Source: Squalus acanthias (Eukaryota). Taken from it: a stretch of DNA of 64,000 nt. Positions 1 to 12,500 of the stretch are shown piece after piece. Within the stretch, counting starts at the first letter, position 1. Each line of letters begins with the position of its first letter. Location: positions 61,630,001 through 61,694,000 of the forward strand of contig CM059432.1 of assembly GCA_030390025.1 (NCBI GenBank), written 5' to 3'. Under the pieces are notes generated by a model. That model saw only the letters and a program-made list of their open reading frames with translations. It ran no database searches and was not told the DNA's origin. Both the position numbers and the translations under genes were made by a program.

Positions 1-791
1 TCATTGGGCATCAGATTCATGCTTCTCCTCTGCCGGTGCCACTTGCCTCTTGTCACCTATATACTCTGACTCACCTGGTGCTACCCCCTCAAGTTCACTA
101 ACTGCATCCTCCAGGATGTGTTTAATTATGTTGGTGCTTATATATGTTAAAGGGAAAGATGCAAGGTGCTGTCTTGTTCTGAGCCTCTGGCAGGTTGCTC
201 TTCCAAGCTCACAATGACAGAATGGTGAAGCCCTGAGCTTGCGGGAATCTTCATTAGTTTATTTTACTTTCCTTACTAATGAGCTTAAATTCAGCAGGTT
301 GCCACATCTGATCTGAGGTCGTAGGCAGAAAAGAGAAGACGCCAGATAGCTTAACTGACACAATTTTCCCTGGCCACCTGCAGCGGGGTGAGACCAGAGG
401 AAGGGCTGCACAAGAGCTGGGCTCAGCCAATACAGCTACAGAGTTGGTGGGCTGAGGAAAAGGGAGGAAGAAGAAGTGGTGGGGGGAGGGAGAGCAGGAG
501 AAGAAGTAGAAGGGATGGGCAGGTGGGACTGGCAGGCGAACAAACAGCAGAGATGGAGTGAGAGAAGAATAGGCATGGTATGGAGGGACATTAGGTGAAG
601 TACTTCTATCCGTCTGACACAACACGCAGCATCATGTCCTCAAACTGCAACCACTGATAGAAGCACAACAGCACAGCCGCGGTCAAACCACACAACAAAT
701 TAAGAGAAATGTTCCAATAAGAGGGCTGCAGTAGAGACAGCTTGCTAGGATGAATCATCCACCACTAACAGCTGCACTGAAAATCCAGCCC
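1..791. mobile_element. Probable end of a decayed Harbinger-type element
   Basis: Ends in AAAATCCAGCCC (780-791), the same terminal sequence as the TIR-bounded elements at 6301-7153 and 59466-60197. The other end is not in the window. Confidence 0.4.
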
Positions 792-2285
792 CAACCCGGT
801 CGACATGCCCTGAGACATCCCTAAAAGATGGGTCAGGCTTTTTGCGGTGAATTCTCCAAGTCTGTGCTTTGGGGGATGAAGAGGCCTCTGCAACACCCCA
901 CATGCCACCCCAATGAACCCTGTGTTTCAGCAGAGCAATTGATTGTCAAATGACCATCAGAAAGGTGTAATCCTCGGATGACCCTGGGACTGCAAAGTAC
1001 ATTCAAGGTCTTGATGACCAAGGTGACCTCTAAATCGCATGAATTCTCCCAGCTACTGCATTGTTCATTGATGACACACAAGCCGAGTTTTACACTTTGG
1101 TTTTGTTTGGAATCCACTGCGGTCTAAACATTTCAACTTGATCAGCAACTCTTTTCCCAGAGGAAGAAAGTGGCCGCGGTCTTGCAGCTGATGAGTTGTT
1201 TTTCAGACAATCAACAAGACAAAAAGAGGTTTTGTTGAATTTTTTGGCCAGGATGCTCGACTGGCACAGCTGGAGTGAAAATGGAGAGGGAAAAATCCAC
1301 CCATGGTTTATAGAGGCACTAGCCGAGAAATTCGAGTAGGTCAGAAACCTACCGGTAACAGCGAGGGCCAAGGCTAACGGCCACCCACAAAAAGAGCGCA
1401 GGCAGCACCAGTATTTTGGTGCTGCCTGCTAATTTACATGAGCGGAGCGGAGAATCTGTCGTGCAACGCGTTCTTTCCGGCGCTAACCTCAACAGGAGGC
1501 TGAAGGTTGCATCTGAATGATCAGTATAGCATTCTCGGGCAATGTGCTGTGTCAGACCATTTGGTGCCGACTCCTGGGTTTTGCTATTGAGTCCCCTGAT
1601 GGCCCTTGTAGGATTGGAACATTGTGCGCTATGGCATTTGTTTCTCCACGGCTCCCCTCTTACTTTCGCGGACATTTGTCTGGGTCTTGTGTGGGGTCAC
1701 AAATGGGTGCCAGACTGCCTGGTACTCCCACCTTTGCTGGCTGCCATAGCTCCACAGATCTTTCACCCAGATTGTTGCTGAGTGGAGGTTTGTGCTCCGC
1801 CATGGTGCGGGAGGGGGAGGGGGATGCACCGTCTTGCAGCTAGCAGTGACAGTGCACTAGCCTGCGTATCACACAGGGGATTCACTCGCTGGTGAGTGGG
1901 TCTTAAAGCACAGACTCAGATCTGGAGGGACTGACTGGAAACACCACATAAAGACTGTGGCACAGATATCCTTAAACTGTTGCATGAGACATCAATGGAA
2001 ATAAATTTTTAAAAAAAGGGGACATGGACTCTTGGTCAGGAGTTTACTGGTGTAAATGGTGCAGAAGAAAGTTTAATTACATTTTTAACACCAGCAGACT
2101 TTTGAAGAACTCTTGGTGAGAAAATGCTGTCAAGCCTTTTAAAAGCAGACTTCCAAACTTTGCATATCATTTTATCAGTACCTAAACTAGAAAACCCCAA
2201 TTGTATAAAATTTAAGTAAATGCAGCTTTGATTTTTCCTGAGATTATTACAACTGTAGTACAGTACAGTTTATTTTAAAAGTATT

Positions 2286-2829
2286 TACCTCCTATAATGT
2301 TTGACTGAACGGGGGGAGATTTGATGCATCTCATTGGAAGCAGTTTTCACTCCAATTACATGTTCTGAACTCTCCATAGTTAAAAGTTATCCCAGCAGCT
2401 GTTTACTGTACGGGTTCTAGCTCACCACTGCTTTCTCCCGCCTCTCCCCGTTGTCAATGGCTGCACAAATGGGCGTGCTTTGGAGAGGGCAGTAAGAGGA
2501 GCGACGAGCTTCAAAATGGAAGAGCATGCATCAATTTGGCGTTGCACGCTGATTTGACGTCACGTTCCTGCTAATTAAAACACTTGCCGCGAGCACAGGC
2601 AAAGGCAGCGCTGCTGACCTGCTGAAAATGGCAGCCGTCGCAGGACCCACTGGAAATGAGGTGGCCGCCATTTTTTCACCAAAACGGGCCTTAATGGCCA
2701 ACACGAACACCTCCAATTTCTAGGCCAATTTCTAGGCCAGTATCTCTGCTCTCGCTGCATAGAAAAGAGAGAGAGAGAGAGATAGTGGAACCACTTTGGG
2801 GAAATCCAAAGCCTCTGTCTCAACAATGA
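2286..2829 (+). repeat. ~540-bp segment duplicated at 18582-19113; includes a MITE end (AATTTCTAGGCC) and unique-looking flanks
   Basis: Direct colinear match to 18582-19113, differing mostly by transitions plus a 12-nt local duplication. Confidence 0.9.
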
Positions 2830-2967
2830 CAAATACACACGACTCTAAACCTCAGCAAAGAAAGCTGGATGTTAGAAAAGGGAGGGAGAGCGCTGGCTGG
2901 ATCAGGCAAACAAACGACCAGGGAAAGCTAGGGAGAGAATGGGAATGGTGTAACATGAAAGATGTAC

Positions 2968-4143
2968 GGCCTGGATTTTGCGGTAGAAATAACAGTGAGG
3001 CTATTGGCACTCACTGTTATTATGGAGTAAAACGGACAGCAACTTCTGGCATCCGAACGTGTGCAGTTAAACACAGCAATCAGGAACCTGCTGACCAAGT
3101 TGCCTTGCTCCTCCAGAAGCTGCGCTATAATAGTATTTCGCCAAGAGACTCAGCATTCAACTATATGGAAGGGTGCGATTTTGTGGTCCTTACCAATAAA
3201 CGGTGTGATAAATCTTAAATAGTGCCAAACAACCTCCCTGGCACTGAATATTACTTACAAGTGTGGAGTCTCATTCCTTCAGATTTTAATTATTGTTGGA
3301 GATTTAAAAAAATTAAAATAGCCTTTTTTTTACATTTTCTTTCTGTCTCTTTTATCTCGCTTAATTCCATCTTTCTTTCCCTCTCTTTATTTTGCTTTCT
3401 GTACATGATTTGACATTGAATTAAATATTCTAACTGACACTTCCTGGTTTAGACTCTGAGGGCAATTTTAAACCCAAAAACAATTGGTTTGGGTTGGGTG
3501 AGATGTCAAAAAAATTTTAAATCTCGAACCGAACCCAACCTGCCCACTTCCGGTTTTAACGGAGGTGAGGTGGGGGGGGGGGGCGGGCAACCCACCCCCA
3601 GGAGGTGGGTTGCTCATTTAAATATTTTAATGAGGCTGCGTGCCTCGGGTTTTATCTCTCTTCCGGGTTTAATGTTGGCCAGCCGGGCTTCCCGGGCCTC
3701 TGGAAACCTGACAGCTAAAGAGAGGCGAGGACTGCTGCATGGAAGAACTAAGTGCTTTTCCAGCACTGCTTGTGGGCAAGGAGGAGCAGGAGTGCTTCCA
3801 CCCGGCCCCCCCAAGCTAACCTGCTTCCCTACTTGCAATCGGACCCCCCCCCCTGCAATCACTCACCCCCTGATCTCTCTCCGACTCCTCGTGTTTGCCC
3901 CGACCCTCCAAACCATACTGTACCCACTTACCCTCCCCATCGTGATCTCAACCCAAGAAGCAGGGAACCTACCTGCTCCTGGGCTGCCGTCTCTCCTGCA
4001 GCGTTCCTCGCCCGACGGGGAGCCAAGCCTGTCAACTATGTTGGCTTCCTGCTTAAAAAAAAAACCACGCACGCTGTGGAGTTTAAAAACTCCACAGCGT
4101 TCGGGGGACGCTTGGAAATCCCGCCCCAGTAAATATCAGGGCC
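2968..4143. mobile_element. Cluster of GC-rich Harbinger-type MITE fragments
   Basis: GGCCTGGATTTT at 2968, GGGCAATTTT at 3460 and AAATATCAGGGCC at 4131-4143 resemble the TIRs of the other MITEs. No clean TSD. Confidence 0.5.
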
Positions 4144-5019
4144 TGTGTGTCTCAGTAAGGATTCTTCGATCTGATTTGTTAAGGAGACACACCATAGCTT
4201 GCCCTGTTCACACAGGTCCCAGATCACCTGTAGTGGGCGCTGTGCTGTTTTGGCTTTCTAATTATCGTGAGTTCCAGAGCAAAAGCCCACAGAAAGTCTG
4301 TGAGCACGTGTAAGTGTCACGAACGGCTACTCCCGTTTGTTTGCCGCTGACTGCAAAATCTGTCACTTTCTGTTGTGCCCAATCTGTCTGTGTGTACAGT
4401 TGCCCCAAAGCTGTTAAGATGTTTTTAAAGCTACTACCATGTACGACTCTCACGTTTGCAACTTTGTCTGTCTACTCCTCAGTATCAGAGGAAGGTCTGT
4501 ACTGGTACACCAAAAGCAGGTTGAGAGATCAACCCACTCGGAGCCAAATCCAACATTGACACACTAGATAGCTGGTAGAGCTGGAGCAAACTGTTTGTTG
4601 TTACTGGCACACTCAGTTGTAGGCAGGGACTAACATCTCAGTTCTGGGAAGGTGTAATTGCCTCTGGCAGCAAGAATGTTGTGTTGTTTATACTATAGCG
4701 TTGCTCCAATGGTGCTTTTACCATCGGATGTGACCCAATGAGATGGAGGTATGCAATGGGTGATTTAAAGTACAATGCTGTGGCAGAGTAGAGGGAGCTT
4801 TGTTCTTCATCTGGAAGTGAATGAATGCAAAGAAATAAGCAGAATAAATGTTCAATCCTTCTCACTGACAGCCCTCCCATCTATAATTTAAAAAAATAAC
4901 AAAAAGCCATAACCCTCTTTTTAGTAGTGAATTTGCTTTATGATTGCTTGACCGTGCACATATTAACTAGTATATAGCTACATGGGTGAGAAACTTGGAT
5001 CCGAAACTAGTGTCTTAAA

Positions 5020-8000
5020 CTTAAATAAAGGTAATTACAAAGCTTTAAGACACTAAAGTGGACCGGGAAAATAGATTAAAAAGTAAGATGGTACATAAGC
5101 AGTGGCAGACTTTTAAGGAGATATTTCATAACTCTCAACAAAGAAAGACTCTACGAGAAGGATGAACCATCCGTGGCTAACTAAGGAAGTTAAGGAGGGT
5201 ATCAAATTGAAAGAAAAGGCATACAATGTTGCGAAGATTAGTGGTAGGCCAGAAGATTGGGAAATTTTTAGAAACTTGCAAAGGATGACTAAAAAAAATA
5301 AAGAGGGAAAAAATAGATTTAGAGTAAACGAGCAAGAAAGATAAAAACAGACAGTAAGAGCTTCTACAAGTATATAAAAAGGAAGAGAATAGCTCAAGTA
5401 AACGTTGGCCCCTTAGAGGATGAGACTGGGCAATTAATAATGGGAAAAAAGGAAATGGCAGAAACTTTGAACAAATATTTTGTATCTGTCTTCAAGGTAG
5501 AAGACACAAAAAGCATCCCAATAATAGTGGAAAATCAAGGGGCAAAAGGGAGGGAGGAACTTAAAACTATCACTAGAGAAAAAGTACTAGGCAAACTAAT
5601 GGGACTAAAGGCTGACAAGTCCCCTGGACCTGATGGCCTGCATCCTCGGGTCTTAAATGAAGTGGCTGCAGAGATAGTGGATGCGTTGGTTGTAATCTTC
5701 CAAAATTCCCTAGATTCTGGAAAAGTCCCAGCGGATTGGAAAACCACAAATGTAACGCCCCTATTCAAGAAAGGAGGGAGACAAAAAGCAGGAAACTATA
5801 GGCCAGTTAGTCTACATCTGTCATTGGGAAAATACTGGAATCCATTATTAAGGAAGTAGTAGCAGGACATTTAGAAAAAAATAATACAATCAAACAGAGT
5901 CAACATAGTTTTATGAAAGGGAAATCGTATTTGATAAATTTATTAGAGTTCTTTGAGGATGTAACGAGCAGGGTGGATAAAGGGGAACCAGTAGATGTAG
6001 TGTATTTGGATTTTAAAAAGGCATTCGATAAGGTGCCACATTAAAAGAGTTCATGGTTTTGGGGGTAATATATTAGCATGGATAGAGGATTGGCTAACTA
6101 ACAGAAAAAAGAGTCGGGATAAATGGGTCATTTTCAGGTTGGCAAACTGTAACTAGTGGGGTGCCACAGGGATCAGTGCTGGGGCCTCAACTATTTACAA
6201 TCTATATTAATGACTTGGATGAAGGGACCGAGTGTACTGTAGCCAAATTTGCTGACGATACAAAGATAGGTGGGAAAGCAAGTCGTGAGGAGGACACAAA
6301 GGGCGGAATCTTACCTGGAAGGCCGAGTTCGAGGTGGGACTGCTGGTTTTCAGGTTCCAGTCCCGCCCCCAGCGACGTCTGATGAGCTGACGCTATTTTC
6401 CCCTGATTGGCCTTGTTAAGCCCGCCCTGCGGGCTTGCCGGCCAATTAAGGGAAAGCCGATGTCAGATGACGTCAGTTGATGACACTTCATCTGCCGGTT
6501 TTCTTAAAGGCATATGCACCACACTTGTTTGACATATGATTTGACAGTATTTGACAGCATTGAGGTGTTGTCAAACACTGACAATCACTGTACACAGGTG
6601 AGCCCTTTCACCAAGGCTCTCCAATTACTCTCTCCTTAGGATAAAACAGATGGCAGCTGCAGCTGAGATTGCAGAAGCCATCTGTCCCTTCTCCCGATGA
6701 GATGAGCCTACACAAACACTTCACAGCTTGTCACCTGCAGAAACATCTAATCACATTAAAAATTACTTTCCCAACATTTCCTTACCTCTGATACTAACCT
6801 ATGTCCCATTGCATGCTTCACACCACTTCTGCAGCTGTCATCCAAACACCAACAAAACAACAGACCCACAGCACGCCTCACTTACCCTGACGGGGTTCCC
6901 TGATGTCAGGAAGCCCGCAGCAGCAGTCGAAAAATTGGAAAAAGCCTCTTAACTGCCTGTTAACTATCTGTTAACAGGCAGTTAAGTGTCTATAATCCTC
7001 TTCCCGTCGTTGGAGTCAGATCTCTGCGCAAATCGGGGACCCGACTCCCGGGAAGATTGGTTGGAGGTGTGTTGGGAGCGGGTTTGGACCCGCTCCCATT
7101 TTGGGGGATTTTCCCAGCAGACCCGCCTCCTCAGGGCTGGTAAAATCCAGCCCAAAGAGTCTGCAAAGGGATGTAGACAGGTTAAGTGAGTGAGCAAAAA
7201 TTTGGCAGATGGAGTATAATGTGGGAAAATGTGAGGTTATCCACTTTGGTAGGAAGAATAGAAAAGCAAAATATTATTTAAATGGAGAGAGACTACAGAA
7301 TGCTGCGGTACAGAGGGATCTGGAGGTCCTTGTACATGAAACACAAAAAGTTAGCATGCAGGTACAGCAAGTAATTAGGAAGGCAAATGGAATGTTGGCC
7401 TTTATTGCAAGGGGGATGGAGTATAAAAGTAGGAAAATCTTGCTACAACTGTACAGGGCGTTGGTGAGACCACACCTAGAGTACCAGTTTTGGTCTCCTT
7501 ATTTAAGGAGGGATATACTTGCATTGGAGGCAGTTCAGAAAAGGTTCACTAGGTTGATTCCTGGGATGAAGGACTTGTCTTATGAGGAAAGATTGAGCGG
7601 GTTGGGCCTATACTCATTGGAGTTTAGAAGAATGAGAGGTGACCTTATTGAAACATACAAGATTCTGAGGGGGCTTGACAGGGTAGATGCTGAGAGGATG
7701 TTTCCACTCGTGGGGTAATCTAGAACTAGGGCCATAATTTTAGAATAAGGGGTCGCCCATTTAAGATGGAGATGAGGAGAAATTTCTTTCTGAGGGTCGT
7801 GAATCTTTGGAATTCTCTACCCCCGAGAGCTGTGGAGGCTGAGTCATTGAATAAATACAAGGCTGAGATAGACAGATTTTTGAACTACAGGGGAGTCAAG
7901 GGTTATGGGGAACAGGCAGAAAAGTGGAGTTGAGGCCAAGATCAGATCAGCCATGGTCTTATTGAATGGCGGAGCAGGCTCGAGGGGCCGAATGGCCAAC

Positions 8001-8027
8001 TCCTGCTCCTATTTCTTATGTTCTTTA
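5020..8027 (+). mobile_element. 5'-truncated CR1 LINE, split by a MITE
   Basis: Frameshifted ORF2 pieces ([33 protein letters not shown]), 3' hairpin tail and TTCTTATG-type end. Confidence 0.92.
6301..7153. mobile_element. Non-autonomous PIF/Harbinger-type element (853 bp)
   Basis: TIRs GGGCGGAATCTTACC / GGGCTGGATTTTACC and a 3-bp TSD (AAA). Removing it restores the CR1 text GACACAAAGAGTCTG. Confidence 0.85.
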
Positions 8028-8699
8028 CAATGGTATACATCTAATAATGACTAATGCTGAGAATTTTTATGTGTGTGTATCTGTATTAACGGTGTTTGGG
8101 AGTGAAAATGGTCTTCGCTAGAAGCGCTAAATTGGCTCACAGTGAATCGGCAACCTGTCTTACACTACACCTGATTTTCTTTTCCACAATTGAGGCCCTA
8201 ACTGGGCCAGTGTGTCCAATTCTGGGCACCACTCTTTAAGCCTTGGAGAGGGTGCAGAGGAGATTTACTAGAATGGTACCAGGGATGGTGGACTTCAGTT
8301 ATGAGGAGAAGCTGATATTGCTCTTATAAGAACATAAGAACATAAGAAATAGGAGCAGGAGTAGGCCAATTGGCCCCTCGAGCCTGCTCCGCCATTCAAT
8401 AAGATCATGGCTGATCTGATCCTAACCGCCAATCTACTATCACAGAACCATCTCCTGAACCTAACAGAATTGGACACACGAATTAGGAGCAGGATCAGAC
8501 TACATGGCCCCTGGGCCCACTACGCTACCCACAGGGCCATGACAGATCCGAACCTAGACTCATGTCCAAATTCCTGCCCGCTCCCCGTAACCCTTAATTC
8601 CCTTTACTTCTAGGAAACTGTCTATTTCTGTTTTAAATTTATGTAATGATGTAGCTTCTACAGCTTTTTGGGGCAGCATATTCCATGGACCTACCACCC

Positions 8700-11544
8700 T
8701 CTGAGTGAAGTAGTTCCTTCTCATCTCATTTGAAAGAGCAGCCCCTTATTCTAAGACTATGCCCCCTAGTTCTAGTTTCACCCATCATCGGGAACATCCT
8801 CCCTGCATCCACCCGATCCAACCCCTTCACAATCTTATATGTTTCAATAAGAGCGCCTCTCATTCTTCTGAACTCCAATGAGTAGAGTCCTAATCTACCC
8901 AACCTCTCTTCATATGTCCATCCCCTCATCCCCAGGATTAACCGAGTGAACCTTCTTTGTACTGACTCGAGAGCAAGTATGTCTTTTCTTAAGTATGGAC
9001 ACCGAAACTGTATGCAGTATTCCAGGTGCGGTCTCACCAATACCTTGTACAACTGAAGCAATACCTCCCTATTTTTATATTCTATCCCCCTAGCAATGAA
9101 AGCCAACATTCTATTGGCCTTCTTAATCACTTGCTGCACCTGCATACTAACCTTTTGAGTTTCGTGCACCAGGACCCCCAGATCCCTTTGTACTTCAGTA
9201 CTTTCCAGTTTCTTGCCATTAAGATAATAACTTGCTCTACTATTTTTCCTGCCAAAGTGCATAACCTCACACTTTCCAGTATTGTATTCCATCTGCCAAA
9301 TCTCTGCTCACTTACTTCGCCTGTCTATGTCCCCTTGCAGATTTTTTATGTCCTCCTCACTCACTACTTTCCCTCCCATCTTAGTATCATCTGCAAACTT
9401 TGATATGATACACTCGGTCCCCTCCTCCAAATCGTTAATATAGATTGTAAAGAGTTGGGGACCCAGCACTGACCCCTGCGGAACACCACTAGTTACTGAT
9501 TGCCAGTCTGAGAATGAACCATTTATCCCAACTCTCTGCCTTCTGTTAGATAGCCAATCCTCTATCCATGCCAGAATATTACCCCAATCCCGTGATTTTT
9601 TATCTTAAGCAATAATCTTTTGTGTGGCACCTTGTCAAATGCCTTTTGGAAGTCTAAATACACCACATCCACTGGTTCCCCTTTATCCACCCTGTATGTT
9701 ACTTCCTCAAAGAACTCCAGCAAATTTGTCAAACATGACTTCCCCTTCATAAAACCATGCTGACTTTGTCCTATTAAATTATGATTATCCAAATGTCCCG
9801 TTACTGTCTCCTTAATAATAGACTCCAAAATTTTACCTACCACAGATGTTAGGCTAACTGGTCTATAGTTTCCAGCCTTCTGTCTGCTGCCCTTTTTAAA
9901 TAAGGGTGTTACATTAGCAGTTTTCCAGACTGCCGGGATCTTTGCTGAGTCCAGGGAGTTTTGGAAAATTATTACCAATGCATCCACAATCCCTACCGCC
10001 ACTTCCCTCAAGACCCTAGGATGTAAGCCATCAGGTCCAGGTGATTTATCCGCCTTGAGTCCCATTATTTTACCGAGTACCACTTCCTTAGTGATTTTGA
10101 TCGTGTTTAGCTCCTCCCCCCCTATAGCCCCCTGTTTGTCCAGTGTTGGGATATTCTTAGTGTCCCTCTACTGTAAAGACTGATACAAAATATTCATTCA
10201 GTGTATTTGCCATCTCCATATTTCCCACCATTAATTTCCCGGTCTCATCCTCTAAGGGACCAACATTTACTTTAGCCACCCTTTTTCTTTTTATATAACT
10301 ATAAAAACTCTTACTATCTGTTTTTATATTTTTTGCTAATTTACTTTCATAATCTATCTTCCCTTTCTTAATCAATCTTTTTGTTATTTTTTGCTGTCTT
10401 TTAAAGTTTTCCCAATCCTCTATCCTCCCACTAGATTTGGCTACCTTATAAGCCCTTGTTTTTAGTCGAATACTATCCTTAATTTCTTTACTTAGCCACG
10501 GATGACTGTCTTTTCTTTTACACCCTTTTCTTCTCAGTGGAATATATTTTTTTTGGAAGTTGTAAAATAACTCCTTAAATGTACATCACTGATCATGTAT
10601 CGTCTTACCCTTCAATCTATTTTCCCAATCCACTCAAGTCAATTCCGCTCGCATACCTTCATAGTCTCCTTTATTCAAGCTTAGCATGCTTGTTTGAGAT
10701 CCAACCTTCTCACCCTCTAATTGAATATGGAATTCGACCATGTTATGGTCACTCATTCCAAGGGGATCCTTTACTAGGACATTTTTAATTAATCCTGTCT
10801 CGTTACACAGGACCAGATCTAAGGTTGCTTGGCCCCGGTCGGTTCAGTTACATACTGCTCAAGAAACCCATCCCTAATACATTCAATGAACTCATCCTCA
10901 AGGCAGCCCTGTCCAATTTGATTTGTCCAATTAATATGATAGTTAAAATCCCCCATAATTATAGATGTTCCCTTATTACAAGCCTCAACTATTTCCTGAT
11001 TGATACTCCGTCCAACAGAGTTGCAACTGTTCGGAGGCCTATAGACTACGCCCACTAGTGTTTTTTTCCCCTTATTATTCCTTATCTCCACCCAAACTGT
11101 TTCATTATCCTGATCTTTTGACCCAATATCATTTCTCTGTATTACAGTGATTCCTTCCTTTATTAACATAGCCACCCCACCTCCCCTTCCTTCCTGCCTG
11201 TCCTTCCTGATCGTTAAATAACCTGGTATGTTTAATTCCCAGGCATTGTCACCCTGCAGCCATGTTTCTGTAATGGCCACAAGATCATACCCATATGTAG
11301 TTATTTGTGCCATTAACTCGTCTATTTTGTTACGAATGCTACGTGCATTCAGATAGAGAACTTTCAAATATGTTTTGTGACACTTAGTTCCTGCTTTTGC
11401 CCTTTTTATTACTTTACCTTTTACTCCATACCTTCTGCCCCTTCCTGACACACTCTGGTTTTTAATTTCCCCACTGCTACCTAAGTCTATGACCTTCTCT
11501 GTTGTTATTTTTATTATTTGCTCTCTAGGAACCTCCCCCCCCAC
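8700..11544 (-). pseudogene. CR1 ORF2: APE endonuclease and reverse transcriptase, frameshifted
   Basis: YLNARSIRNK, ITETWL, GVVYRPP, MGDFN (10819..11544); YLDFQKAFD (9562..10083); RPHLEYC (8726..9292). Confidence 0.9.
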
Positions 11545-11547
11545 TAG

Positions 11548-12500
11548 TTAGTTTAAAGCCCTCTCTACAGCCCTAGTTATATGATCCGCCAGGACTCTAG
11601 TCCCAGCACTGGCCAAGTGAAGCCCGTCCCAACGGAACAGCTCCCTCCTGCCCCAGTACTGGTGCCAGTGTCCCAGGAAGCAAAACCCATTTCTCCCACA
11701 CCAGTCATTGAGCCACTCATTTAACTCTCTAATTTTATTTGTCCTAGCCAAATTCGCTCGTGCTCAGGTAATAATCCAGAGATTATTACCCTTGAGGTTC
11801 TGTTTTTTAATTTGACCCCTAGCTGCTCATACTCCTTTAACAGAACCGGCTTCCTTGTCCTATCTACGTCGTTTGTACCAACATGGACCACGACAACTGG
11901 ATCCACCCCCTCCCACTGCAAGTTTCTTTCCAGCCCAGAGGAGATGTCCTTAACCCTGGCACCGGGCAGGCAACACAGCCTACGGGACTCTCGCTCTCGG
12001 CTGCAGAGAACTCCATCTATCCCCCTAATAATACTATCCCCTACCACTACAACATTTCTATTTACTCCCCCCTCTTGAATGGCCCCCCATTCCACGGTGC
12101 TGTGACCAGGTTGCTCATCCTCCCTGCAGTCCCTGCTCCTGTCCCCACAGGGAGTAAGAACCTTGAACCTGTTGGACAAGAGCAAGGGCTGCGGCTCCTC
12201 CAACACTACCTCCTGGATCCCCGTACCTGCCTCACTCGTAGTCACACCATCCTGTCCCTGACCATGGGCTACATCTGAATTAATTAACTTCATAGGTGTG
12301 ACCACCTCCTGAAACACAGAGTCCAGGTACTTCTCCCCCTCCCTGATGTGTCGCAGTGTCTGAAGCTCAGACTCCAGCTCATCAACACGGAGCTGGAGTT
12401 CCTGTAGCAGCAAACACTTGTCACAGACGTAATCACCGTGAGCCTCAATGGGGTCCACCGGCTCCCACATCTCGCAACAGTAACACATCACCTGCTCCAT
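11548..12500 (-). pseudogene. CR1 ORF1: Cys-rich Zn finger, coiled coil and SGNH esterase; one frameshift
   Basis: ORFs 11721..12500 and 11548..11751 contain CYCC..CDKC, a leucine zipper, VVGDSIIR, LPGARVKD, HVGTND and DGLHL. Confidence 0.9.

Noticed and set aside
3489..4313. 274-aa ORF
   Set aside because: Runs through GC-rich MITE sequence with no recognisable domain.
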